From the NCBI GenBank assembly GCA_900617105.1, contig UYFQ01000776.1:1-38953 (forward strand): a stretch of 38,953 bases of DNA, in the 5' to 3' direction. The stretch comes from Hydrurus foetidus (taxonomy: Eukaryota). This document shows positions 12,101 to 21,706 of the stretch, in pieces; position 1 is the stretch's first letter; every line of letters starts with the position of its first letter. The notes under the pieces were generated by a model. It saw only the letters and a list, made by a program, of their open reading frames with translations. It had not been told where the DNA came from and did not search any database. Both the position numbers and the translations under genes were made by a program.

Positions 12101-15100
12101 GGGGCCTCGATGTTGCGGAAAAGAGAGTCCTCTAGATAGCCGTGGCGGTTTCTGAATGTGAATATGGAGGGCTGGATACCCCCCGTCACAACGGCTGACG
12201 CACCCAAAGGGACAGCAGCTGCCTTGCCGAATATCTGTGGGACGAAGAACGTCACTCTTCTGATGCCGTGCTGCTCCAGGATGACCTTCTGCGTGATGAG
12301 GAAGGCGGAGATGGCAGCAGCCACTTCGTCATCTGATGTTTCCTTGGGAGATATGGAGTTGTGCATGAGCACAATGTGCACGGCATTGACAACTGTTGCT
12401 TGTTCCGCTTGCTTCAAGGGAACCTTCTGCAGAATGTGAGGGAACTGTGCGGGAAGGTCTGCAAGGGAGTCGACCACTGCCATAATGCCCACACGCACGC
12501 CACGTACAAGAGGGTGATTCAAATCACTCGCTAAAATCTCCTCATCAATAGCAGCATTCTCACTGCGCTGTGCAGTGCTGAGTTCGTTGAAACTCATGCC
12601 CGACACAGAGTCGGCCACACCCACCACTTGCTTAGTCTTGAAGTCAAACTTGATCCAGGGAGAAACGGCGATAGGAGAGGTGAATACTGGACCGAGGGAA
12701 GTACCGCTCTCCATGTTCTCGAATGTGTGTGTGGTCTGATAGGTTTTGAGGAGATACAGCTCCATGGCAGCTATTTGATAATCCTTGTCGTTTCGAAGGG
12801 CTTCAAGCAAAAGATCTCTAATGACCACATTGCTCTCGATGAATTTCTTGAATTGAGACACACGGTCAGAGTGTCCTGCTGGCTCTCCTGTTGTCAGCAC
12901 GGCTGTGATGGCATCGTGCATGAGTCTCCTCCTTTGCTCCGGCTTCAAGGAGTATTGCTTCATCAGCACCAAGTTGGCCACAAAGGAGACATGGCTGTAC
13001 ATAGGCTGTTTGAGACGTGCAATGGCGGTCAATCGAATCTTAAGGTTGCGCGTGTTGATGTCGAACTTAATCGGCACACCCACAGGGTAGGAGGGTCGTT
13101 GGGAAGTTTCGATGGGAAGAAGAGTCATCTCATCCATGACTTTAGCGAGAAGAACGTTCTTTGCCTTCAAGTTAATGTGCGACCTGCACAGACCTAGAAC
13201 CTTCCCCAAGTCTGCGATATTGTCTTTTCTCAGTTCACTCACTACGTCAGTAAAAGACATATTATCGAAGAGTTTCTCAACGTCTAAGTAGCTCTCCACC
13301 AGCTTCAGCAGTCCAGCCAAGGTGCGCACTTCTGCACTGTACAAGTACTGCTCTGCTGCTGCCCACACGAAGGCTGTCTGGTTGGAGAAGGTAGTGCGCT
13401 GTTCTGCAGGGAGGGAGAGGCAGTGCTTGTGAAGCAGAGAGAGAACGGCACCGGAAGGGTACTCCTCTCCTGAGGAGGAGGATTTAGAGGGGCTGCCTGA
13501 CTGGGCGATAAGAACAGCTTTCTTGTAGTCCGAGTTGATCTTAAGAATGTCCTCATGCAGCTCCGCGTCAATGCGACCTCTCAGCACACTCATAGCCTCG
13601 TCCATCTCGTACACAGGCAAGAGCTTCTCGCGGAAGGACTGGAGGTATGCTGTCATAGCCGCATCTGCTTCTACCTCTGGTACTGGGTAGCCGTCTAATG
13701 TCTGTTGAATCTTCAACTGAGCCTATGATAGGGATAAAGAACAACAGCTGTCACTACTACTGATCACAGTCAAGAAAAAGGATTGGAAGGCGCAGTGCAG
13801 TACAGTGCAGTACAGGACGCACCTCTCTCATGACAAGATGGGGCAGGGAGAGGGCAGAGTCATCGTCAGCCTCTTCAGTCACAGCACTCAGCAGTCCCGA
13901 GAACTTCTCAGACTTGACTACTTTATCCGGATCATCAAGGGTCACAAGAGCGATGACATCACCGGGTAAGAGAGAAGCACCCTCACTCATTTGGAAGTGC
14001 ACAGTGCCCGATTCTGCTGTCTTGAGAGACATGTACATCTTCATCACTTCAATCTCCACATAGGCCTCTCCCTTCATCAAGTGGGTGCCATCGGGCACGA
14101 GGAGGCGTGCTAGCTTTCCAGCGCCCGATGAGACGAGGACTGTAGGGTCGTATTCGGGAGTGAAGATGCAGGTGTGCCCGTCTAGGATCACCCTAACAGA
14201 CCCGCCACTCTCCTGCTTGGAGTACGCCACGTGGCTCTTGCCGTTGACTATCATGAGGTAGCCCATGTCTGCTAGAGGGCGGATGGCGATGTTCTGTCTG
14301 CCTCCGTTGCAGTCCACGATCACACTAGTAGCTCCACTCTGCAGACACACTGTGCTGTACTTCACGTTGTTAAAGATGAGGTCGATGATAACGGTAGGGG
14401 CCAGTGTATCCTTAGACGGCACCTGACCCACCCTCAGCATGTCGATGAACTCCTTGCCCCTCTGCTCAAAGTGCTGATATCCCTGAAGGGCTGCACCACA
14501 CAGCGCCACTAGTGTAGGAGCGGGGCAGTACTTTGCATTCTCTTCGAGCATGAGTTCTCCGTGTCTCGCAAGACGAGCATCAAGCCAGTCAGTGTTGAAT
14601 CTGTCGGTGACGTATACGATGATGTTAAAGTGGTACAGCTTACGTGTGTAGGGCTGATAAGGCTGAGTGTCAGAAGACTTTTAACGCTCTATGTTGACAA
14701 ACACTCAGTTAGGAAGTCCTACACATTACTCCGGGAGCAGAATAAAATGGTTTCCTGTTTAGTATAAGGGCTCCACACTAAACAGGAACCATTTTATTCT
14801 GCTCCCGTAATATCAAATCTAACTAATGGTATGGTTTTTAAAATGTACCTGTTTTGAATGAAGTCATCGGACTGGAGCATCTTTACGATGTACTCCACGG
14901 TAGTGCGTATGTCCCCCCTAATGGACAGCTCTTTGAGTGCGACAATCATCACCTGAAGAGTGAGTACAGGTGGATAAATTAGACTATATACATCAACAAG
15001 ATCTCTGCGACGATGTGGGGAATTTTTGATGTGGCGTATTTCGCATGACAGAAAGAGTGATAGAAAATGCACATCGCACAGATAGATGTAGAGATCAATA

Positions 15101-16731
15101 GATAATCATGTTCACCTTTCTCGCGCTTTCTCTGTCTGGTCCACTTGCAAATATGTGTCCGAACTGAGAGTCGGCAAATTCATGCACGAGACCGCTGTTG
15201 TTGACTGAGAAGTATCCCCACACGTCAATGTTGGAATTGAAGTGAAGCTCCTTGATGAGTCCTGAAGAGGGCTGGAAGGAGGCATCCGGATTCTCTGCAG
15301 TTACGCGCACCGCAAGGCAGTGCCTCTTTATGGGCACTTTCTCCGTGAAGTCAAAATCAATGGTGTCCCGTCCCATAGGGTTTCTCCCGTACATTTTCCT
15401 GATGTCTGCGATGCGGTGCAGAGGAAGGCCCATGGCAACCATCAGCTGGCATGCTGGAAGGTTGAGTCCGAGAATGTTTTCCGTCACTGGGTGCTCCACC
15501 TGGAGACGAGGGTTAAGCTCTAAAAATGCAAATTCTTTGGTCTCCTCTAAGAACAAATACTCCACAGTGCCAGCGTTGCAGTAGCCAACAGTTTTGGCCA
15601 GTGAGACAGCGGCCTTTTCCATCATTTTGAAGACCTCAGGGGATGCCGCTGTGGGGGGACCCTCTTCAATAATCTTCTGATGTCTACGTTGTACACTGCA
15701 ATCTCTCCCACTCAATGCAATGGCCTCACCATATTTGTCTGCTAGTAGCTGCACCTCCAAATGTCTCGCTTTTGAAGCCATTTTCATCACGAAGATAGGA
15801 GATCCTGGGATTTCGTTCTGCACCTGACGATAAAGCGCAAATACATCTTCTGATCTCAGCACTTTACGGATACCTTTACCACCACCGCCCTCAGAGGCCT
15901 TAATCATCACAGGATATCCAATTCTCTCCGCACATTTCAGCGCATCCTCAGCTGTTAACACATTTGCCTTGTCATACACAGACTGAGGAATTCCAGTGAC
16001 TTTGTAGTCCACCGTCAGACCGTCACCGTTCCAAGCAATTGTGGGCACACCTGCCGACTGGGCGATGATAGTTGATCCGATTTTGTCTCCCAGTGCTTGC
16101 ATGGGCTCTGCTGAGGGGCCGATAAAAGTGACCTAAGAGGAGAGAATGAAGAGAGAACAACTTTTTTCATTGCTTGCAATCTAGGACTCGATCAAGAATG
16201 TTTGATACATTGCAGAAGCTCATGCATCACCTTGTGTGAAAGCTTCAATAACGATGTGGGAAGATTAGGATTCTCTGACGCATGGCCCCACATGGGCATG
16301 ACTGCATCAACTCTGTGACGGGTCGCGATTTCGCAGATAAGGTTAATATTCGCGTAGTTGTTGTTGTTAGAACCTCCAGGAACGTCGACTACTTCGTCTG
16401 CCATGCGGATGTATTCTGCATTCGCTCGCATGTCTTCAGGTGTCGCCATCACGACAAACTGAATCTAGTGATCATATTTGATACTATGAGTGGTTGGTTT
16501 ATGAGAAAATTTATTGACGCTTGGGTCAAAAAGTAAGGGTGACTCTACCATTCTCTCATTTCCGAACGTCTCATACGACCATCTACGGATGGAGCGTATA
16601 GCTTTCGTAGCTCCTATTCCATTGTTAGCGATGAGTACTTTCTGAATTGCATGATCTCCACCAGTGAAAGAGACGAAGTCTGCGACATCTTTGAAGAATC
16701 CAGAAAAGTTATCAGGGGGAGATGTGTTCAT
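6171..16731 (-). CDS. ACC: Multidomain acetyl-CoA carboxylase (BC-BCCP-central-CT), cytosolic type, 16 exons, 2307 aa
   Basis: Motifs [33 protein letters not shown], biotin site [58 protein letters not shown] exons: 16731-16549, 16464-16231, 16132-15116, 14952-14849, 14600-13823, 13722-10783, 10608-10414, 10140-9613, 9446-9380, 9090-8909, 8708-8633, 8298-8207, 7673-7577, 7279-7168, 6830-6764, 6422-6171; sum 6924 nt, phases consistent. Confidence 0.97.
7676..9360. repeat. Degenerate pentanucleotide microsatellites inside ACC introns
   Basis: (GTGTA/GTGTG)n ~7676-7740, (AGTAG)n ~8003-8030, (CACAT)n ~8098-8138, (CTGCA)n ~9230-9360. Confidence 0.7.
14732..14807. repeat. Short inverted repeat (31/32-bp arms, 13-nt loop) in ACC intron 4; possible mini-MITE
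   Basis: CGGGAGCAGAATAAAATGGTTTCCTGTTTAGT (14732-14763) pairs with ACTAAACAGGAACCATTTTATTCTGCTCCCG (14777-14807), one-base bulge. Confidence 0.85.
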
Positions 16732-17149
16732 TGCAGGAGAGCCTCAGAATGGCTGTCAATCAACTCAGGTTTCGATGTGTTCTGAGTTCCCAGAGAGAAA
16801 GTCGCGAAGCAATAATGACACACTGCGCAAGATCCAAAACAATCGATTGTCTCTCAGAGGCGACTTCAATGAGAGAAATCAAGAGGCCAGTTACAACGCC
16901 TGTACGAAGTTTCACTTTTTGGCTCCTTGAAGGCGTAGAGTTTGGAGAATTGTTCAACTCCCCTTGAAGCTCTCTACCAAAACGTTTTTTATGTCTTGAA
17001 CATCCTTTCCACTACCGTATAATACCAACCAAGATCAATCAGTCTTTCATTTTCTTGAGCTTTGCGGATCGTCGGATCGTCGGCGTAAAAACTAAAACCT
17101 GAAAATACAAAATACACCACACACTACCACACACGACGCACATGACACA

Positions 17150-17201
17150 CCCCGACCCCCGACCCCCTACCCCCGACACCCGACACCCGACACCCGACAC
17201 C
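17150..17201. repeat. C-rich heptamer tandem repeat (CCCCCGA / CCCGACA) upstream of ACC
   Basis: CCCCGACCCCCGACCCCCTACCCCCGACACCCGACACCCGACACCCGACACC read directly. Confidence 0.8.
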
Positions 17202-17402
17202 AGCAGACACCACTCCCTTGTCTTGAGCTCTCGATGAATGGTCTCTAGATTGAGTGTTTTCCGAGCAAGTGTCTTCGATTAACTTTTCTGAACTGGACAT
17301 GGGCTGCTCTCAACCGGTATTCTGGAGAACGGACAGAAGGATTTCGTTAGCGATTAATCTGAATCTTCATCAATATTTCAATGATGTGAATAACTTATTA
17401 AG

Positions 17403-17909
17403 ATGACATCCTCCATCGCCATCCGAGGATTCTCCATGCGAATTTTGATCGACGGGGAAACTTTAGAGATACAAAATGCTGCTGATATTGAAAATTTGTC
17501 AAGAGAACGGGTTGTGCAAATCATTGAACAGTTAATATTTGTCGAACGTCCAGCACTTCTTCTTGACGCATCCAAGGTGCCTCACCTTTAACAGCACATC
17601 AAGAACCTCACTGACAAGAGAGATTTTTTGCTAAAAAAGGCGCAGAGTATCGAGAATCTGTCTGCTAAAGTTGTACAGTACGATAATGAAAATGAGGTAT
17701 TGAAGGAGGAGATCACCAGGTTGATGGAACAGTACCACGGGGTATCAGAGAAACTGACAGCTGTTACGCAGCAGTACCACGGAGTATCAGAGAAACTGAC
17801 AGCTGTTACGCAGCAGTACCACGGAGTATCAGGGAAACTGACAGCTGTTAAAGAACAATGCCACGGAGTATCAAAGGAGCTGACGGCTGTTAAGGTTCGC
17901 TTGCGATAA
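17403..17909 (+). pseudogene. Coiled-coil protein gene with premature stop; coding-like remnants continue with frameshifts to ~18335
   Basis: ORFs 17403-17591 and 17628-17909 are in the same frame, separated only by TAA at 17589-17591 (VPHL*QHIKNL). Confidence 0.6.
17730..17894 (+). repeat. 42-bp coding tandem repeat, ~4 copies (QYHGVSEKLTAVTQ)
   Basis: Units start at 17730, 17772, 17814, 17856; no spacers. Confidence 0.9.
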
Positions 17910-18522
17910 TACAACCTATTTCAGGTAATCTAATGGCCACCAATGCAAATTATTCTGCGATGGATGCAATTTTCCCTCTGTGTCGCAAAAAGCCATACTG
18001 CTTCAGGCCATACAGCAATCTGCTATCATTTCTTTCTAATCTAAAATCTGATACGTTCACCGGACCCCCTCACCAAAATCATGGTTGGAACTGAATGAGG
18101 TAGAAAGCACTGCGATTAAGGGTAATGCCGGGTAGTTCACCATCCACAATCCGTTTCTCACGTCCTCCATAGAGACACTTAAATCCAAAAGTTGGAGGCA
18201 GGCACACAACATCACGACTGACCAAGAAGCTATAAATTTTTACATAGGGGGTGAAGTGGCTTATGAAGCGGTCAGGGCCTGCGGATATTCTTGGTTAATC
18301 TCTGCGTCCGACGAAGCTACTGAAAAACATTGTTGAATATCACATTATCAACATGACATATTTATATTATCTTTTCACCGTTGAGCTGGCGTTTTAATTG
18401 TGCAAAGATGTGAAACATTGTTTGATCTTGTAAATGTTACTTTTGCTCAATTTCATAACTTCAGCTCGATACCAATTTTATGCCGTCGTATGGTAATAAA
18501 TTATGGATATATTACTCAACAG

Positions 18523-18740
18523 CTAATTCCCTGAACAAAACGACATATACTTTGCATCTTGAGTCCAAACATAAGCGCTTGAACTTCTAATATGTGGATT
18601 TTATCATAACGTTCATTTCATAAATTTTTTCATGCTTATCATAACGTTTATCTAATTCCCTGTACAAAACGAAATTTAATTTCCACATTGAGTCCAAACG
18701 CAAGCGCTCGAACTCGTAATGTATGGATTCTATCATGACG
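18523..18740. repeat. Imperfect ~89-bp direct duplication, period 129 bp
   Basis: CTAATTCCCTG..CAAAACGA..TTGAGTCCAAAC..AAGCGCT..TATCAT.ACG at 18523-18611 and 18652-18740. Confidence 0.75.
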
Positions 18741-19448
18741 AGTTCGAAAGAAGGGCGCCTAATTGTAATTGAAATGGAAAATAATGCAACTATTCCTTAT
18801 CATAAATAGTGCAACATGAATTTACGGATATATAGTGATGTAAATAAACTGTTTTAGTTAGATTGTTCACATTTCTTTATGTTAATAAAACATAAACTAA
18901 AAATCATAGGTGCAAATTAGAAATCTTCACATTTCGGGCACATTCTGGTAAAATATGTGTCATAATTGATTTCTATTTCTATTTTGAGATGTCAGTGTTC
19001 ATAATAAAAAAAATAACAACTTCTTAGCATGTTAAACATATTCTTTTTAACAAAAAGCTCTCAACTGATTTTTTCATATACCCTATCTTTCAGCAAATTA
19101 CCTCAACCAATATATCCAAAAAAATGACAGATAAATTAATCGAATCTCTTCACGATGATACAATGATTACCCGATCGTTTTAAGATCTTTCAGTACAGCT
19201 CCTTCTCCTAGAAATGTTGGCTAACATACTATACTATATCATACCGTAAGAGAACTTCCAAAAAGAAACCGGAATAGACCGGATGATCGAATGATTCCTT
19301 CAGTGACGCGCGGTGACGAGGCCACGCCGAGACGTCACTGTTGTACAGTATAATATGGAGACCATATGTCTCCATTTATGTGAAAGTAGGTCTGAACAAC
19401 TACTTTGAGATCATAGTTGCTGGTGACAACACCGATTCTTGAAAAAGA

Positions 19449-20691
19449 ATGACGAACGCATCTCTCCTCTTCATCCTGATAGCTATATCGACGTCAAACG
19501 TTCTATGTTTCCATAAAGCAATTGTCGGACCAAAAAGAGTTATCTCCACGAGACTGAGTGCAATTCCAGCACCACTGTCGAATCCTCCCACAACTTTTCT
19601 AAATTGTGTCAAACAAGCTGTCGTTGGTGCAAAGAAGGCTTTAGCAATTGGGGAGAACTTACTGGAGATTGAATTTCCCCCATTACCCCTCGAGTATTTG
19701 GAGGATAGCTCGTCATCCGCAAGAGACGTTTCCGATGCAAACACAAGATGGGCAATAGAATTTGCAAAAAGTTTTACGGATACTTTAGGACAAGTGACTA
19801 TTCTGTATCCTGACGACGCCGAACTGCAGGATGCAATTAAGTATGTGGACATGGAGGGCGGCGACCAGCCATTTCCCAATATTAAGATGGCAACAGCTCG
19901 CTCAGACTCTATCAAAAACGCGAAATCTATAGATCAAGTAATACTATCAATTTTCGGAGCGACAGGTGCGTTTCACACATAAGTTTTCTCCAAATTGTAC
20001 TTCTCGCTCAGCTCTCATGTACTCACATATATGAACAGTCGGTGGTACTGTCGAACCCGTTGCTGGCACCAAAATGTACATTGCTATCATTACAAGCACT
20101 CAAGAGCTACCCGATCTTGAAAAGTTGAATAACTTTGATCCCAGTATACCGATTATATTCTTTAATTTGAGGTTGGACGTCCTGGTGAGTGGAAGTATTT
20201 GGTTCATGACGTGACGTTATCTCAGCGACTCACATTTTGACAGACACCCAAAAAGCTTCACGTTTAGAAAATCTGATGGTGTCCTCCTGCTCTTAACTTT
20301 ATCTTCCCTGCAGCGAGGCGATCTTGGACTCCCTCTGTTCCCTGGAAGAGACTTGCATTACAAATTTCTCTCAAGAGTTCTTCCAGTGTACATCATGCGC
20401 TCTCGATCATTCGCAACATCTTTGAGACGCCCACCGTTCATCGTAAACTACTCTGGACTGCTTTATAGAACCTATCCTGAGCCTTACCAATGCATTCTGA
20501 ATATCGGAGACGGAAAAAACAAGATGGTAAAAGCTGTTGAAGACAGACCAACAAACATGGGTTTCCGCAATTATTTGACAGATGCCCTCCGCTTGCCTGG
20601 TGTTCCTCAAGACGAACTGAAGTCACCAGGAAATCTCGTATGGTGGGAGAAAGATTTAGACAAGGAAACTTCGTCTCAATGGAGGAGTTGA
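19449..20691 (+). CDS. LPA3: DUF1995 family plastid protein, LPA3 (low PSII accumulation 3)-like, 3 exons, 346 aa
   Basis: Exons 19449-19965, 20039-20184, 20314-20691 (1041 nt). Motifs LLEIEFPPL, FNLRLDVLRGDLGLPLFPGRDLHYKFLS, NYSGLLYRTYPEPYQ match LPA3 as I recall it. N-terminal hydrophobic signal ending VLC|F then a basic Ser/Thr-rich stretch. Confidence 0.85.
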
Positions 20692-20933
20692 TTTTATTGA
20701 TTAGCTAATGCGAATTATTTTCACATTTTTTATAGTAATTCTAGAAAAGTTCAGTCGTCCTGCTTTCATAAATCTGAATTTCTACCTTCGAGTGCACTGT
20801 CTCCACAAAATCGTGTGTTCCCGATACTGGAGACAAAGTTACCATTCGAGTCACTGGGTAGCATTCGCTGCAAAAGAACTTGTAAAACAGAAACGCAATA
20901 ACAGCAGGACTCCTCATGCCGAGATATTATCGA

Positions 20934-21131
20934 TTATCTATCAGTCGGTTTGATCCCCAATCTATCTCTTACAGCGTTCCTTTGGGCAGCCGCCTCATCT
21001 TGTAATTTTGCTTTCTCACTCTTCATGGTCTCCCGAACCCTCCCCGCATCAGACCATAGTAGTTTGTGGCGCTCGTATTCAGTCAAATCCTCGGCTTTAA
21101 GAGATAGCTTGGTTGGGGTGACACGTATCAT
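20934..21131 (-). CDS. CDC26: Anaphase-promoting complex subunit CDC26-like small protein (65 aa)
   Basis: N-terminal MIRVTPTKLSLKAEDLTEYE resembles CDC26 MLRRKPTRLELKxxDxxEF/YE; C-terminal VRDRLG resembles the xxRIG motif. Confidence 0.75.
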   Translation of the reverse strand: MIRVTPTKLSLKAEDLTEYERHKLLWSDAGRVRETMKSEKAKLQDEAAAQRNAVRDRLGIKPTDR

Positions 21132-21706
21132 ACTTGAACTCGTGCTGGCTGTTCGAAGCAGATAGAAATTGGAGAAGTTCCCCTAGAGCTCTCCTCGTGG
21201 TCGGACCTGGCACGGAATATCTCGGTAGAAAATTTCCAGGGAGCAGAGAAGCAGTTGATTTTCGCGGTTGTTAGCCCAGAAGCATGAGTTCTAGCTCAAG
21301 AGGAAATAGATGACGTAACGGCTTCTCATACCCCTGGAAATCACAATGCTTCAACACGTTACAGGAATCTTTGATGTGATGAGAGACAGTCTGTGCGAAG
21401 TGAAAAAGTTCAATCCAACTGTGAAAGGATTTAAAGTTTACAGCGGCTCTCCTCAGCTTCCAGCAAAGAATAGACGTGATTCCATTAAAAGAAGATTTGT
21501 TTCCAGAATTTAGCTGCACATTTTGATCACACAACACTATCTTGATCAAAATGTACGGCGGTCTCTTCAACATTCTACAGACTCAACACAGTGCATCGAT
21601 GTATCGATCCTCCTTCACACGTATTACATTGTGTTGCAGTAGTCTCTGTGCCTCGTCCAGCCAACATTCAGTGAATTCTTTCTACTTATTCTCGCGATAA
21701 GTTGTC

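Noticed and set aside
9623..15584. Many plus-strand ORFs overlapping ACC, and similar shadow ORFs over the kinase, ADSL and gag
   Set aside because: Antisense or alternate-frame shadows of real coding exons with no recognisable motifs.
17730..17894. CRISPR-like array or tRNA-Met primer site (GGTATCAGAG) in the 42-bp repeat
   Set aside because: Units are contiguous with no unique spacers, keep the reading frame, and there is no adjacent LTR or cas gene.
21271..21573. 100-aa minus-strand ORF between CDC26 and ADSL
   Set aside because: Non-ATG start, no motifs; likely promoter/UTR sequence.
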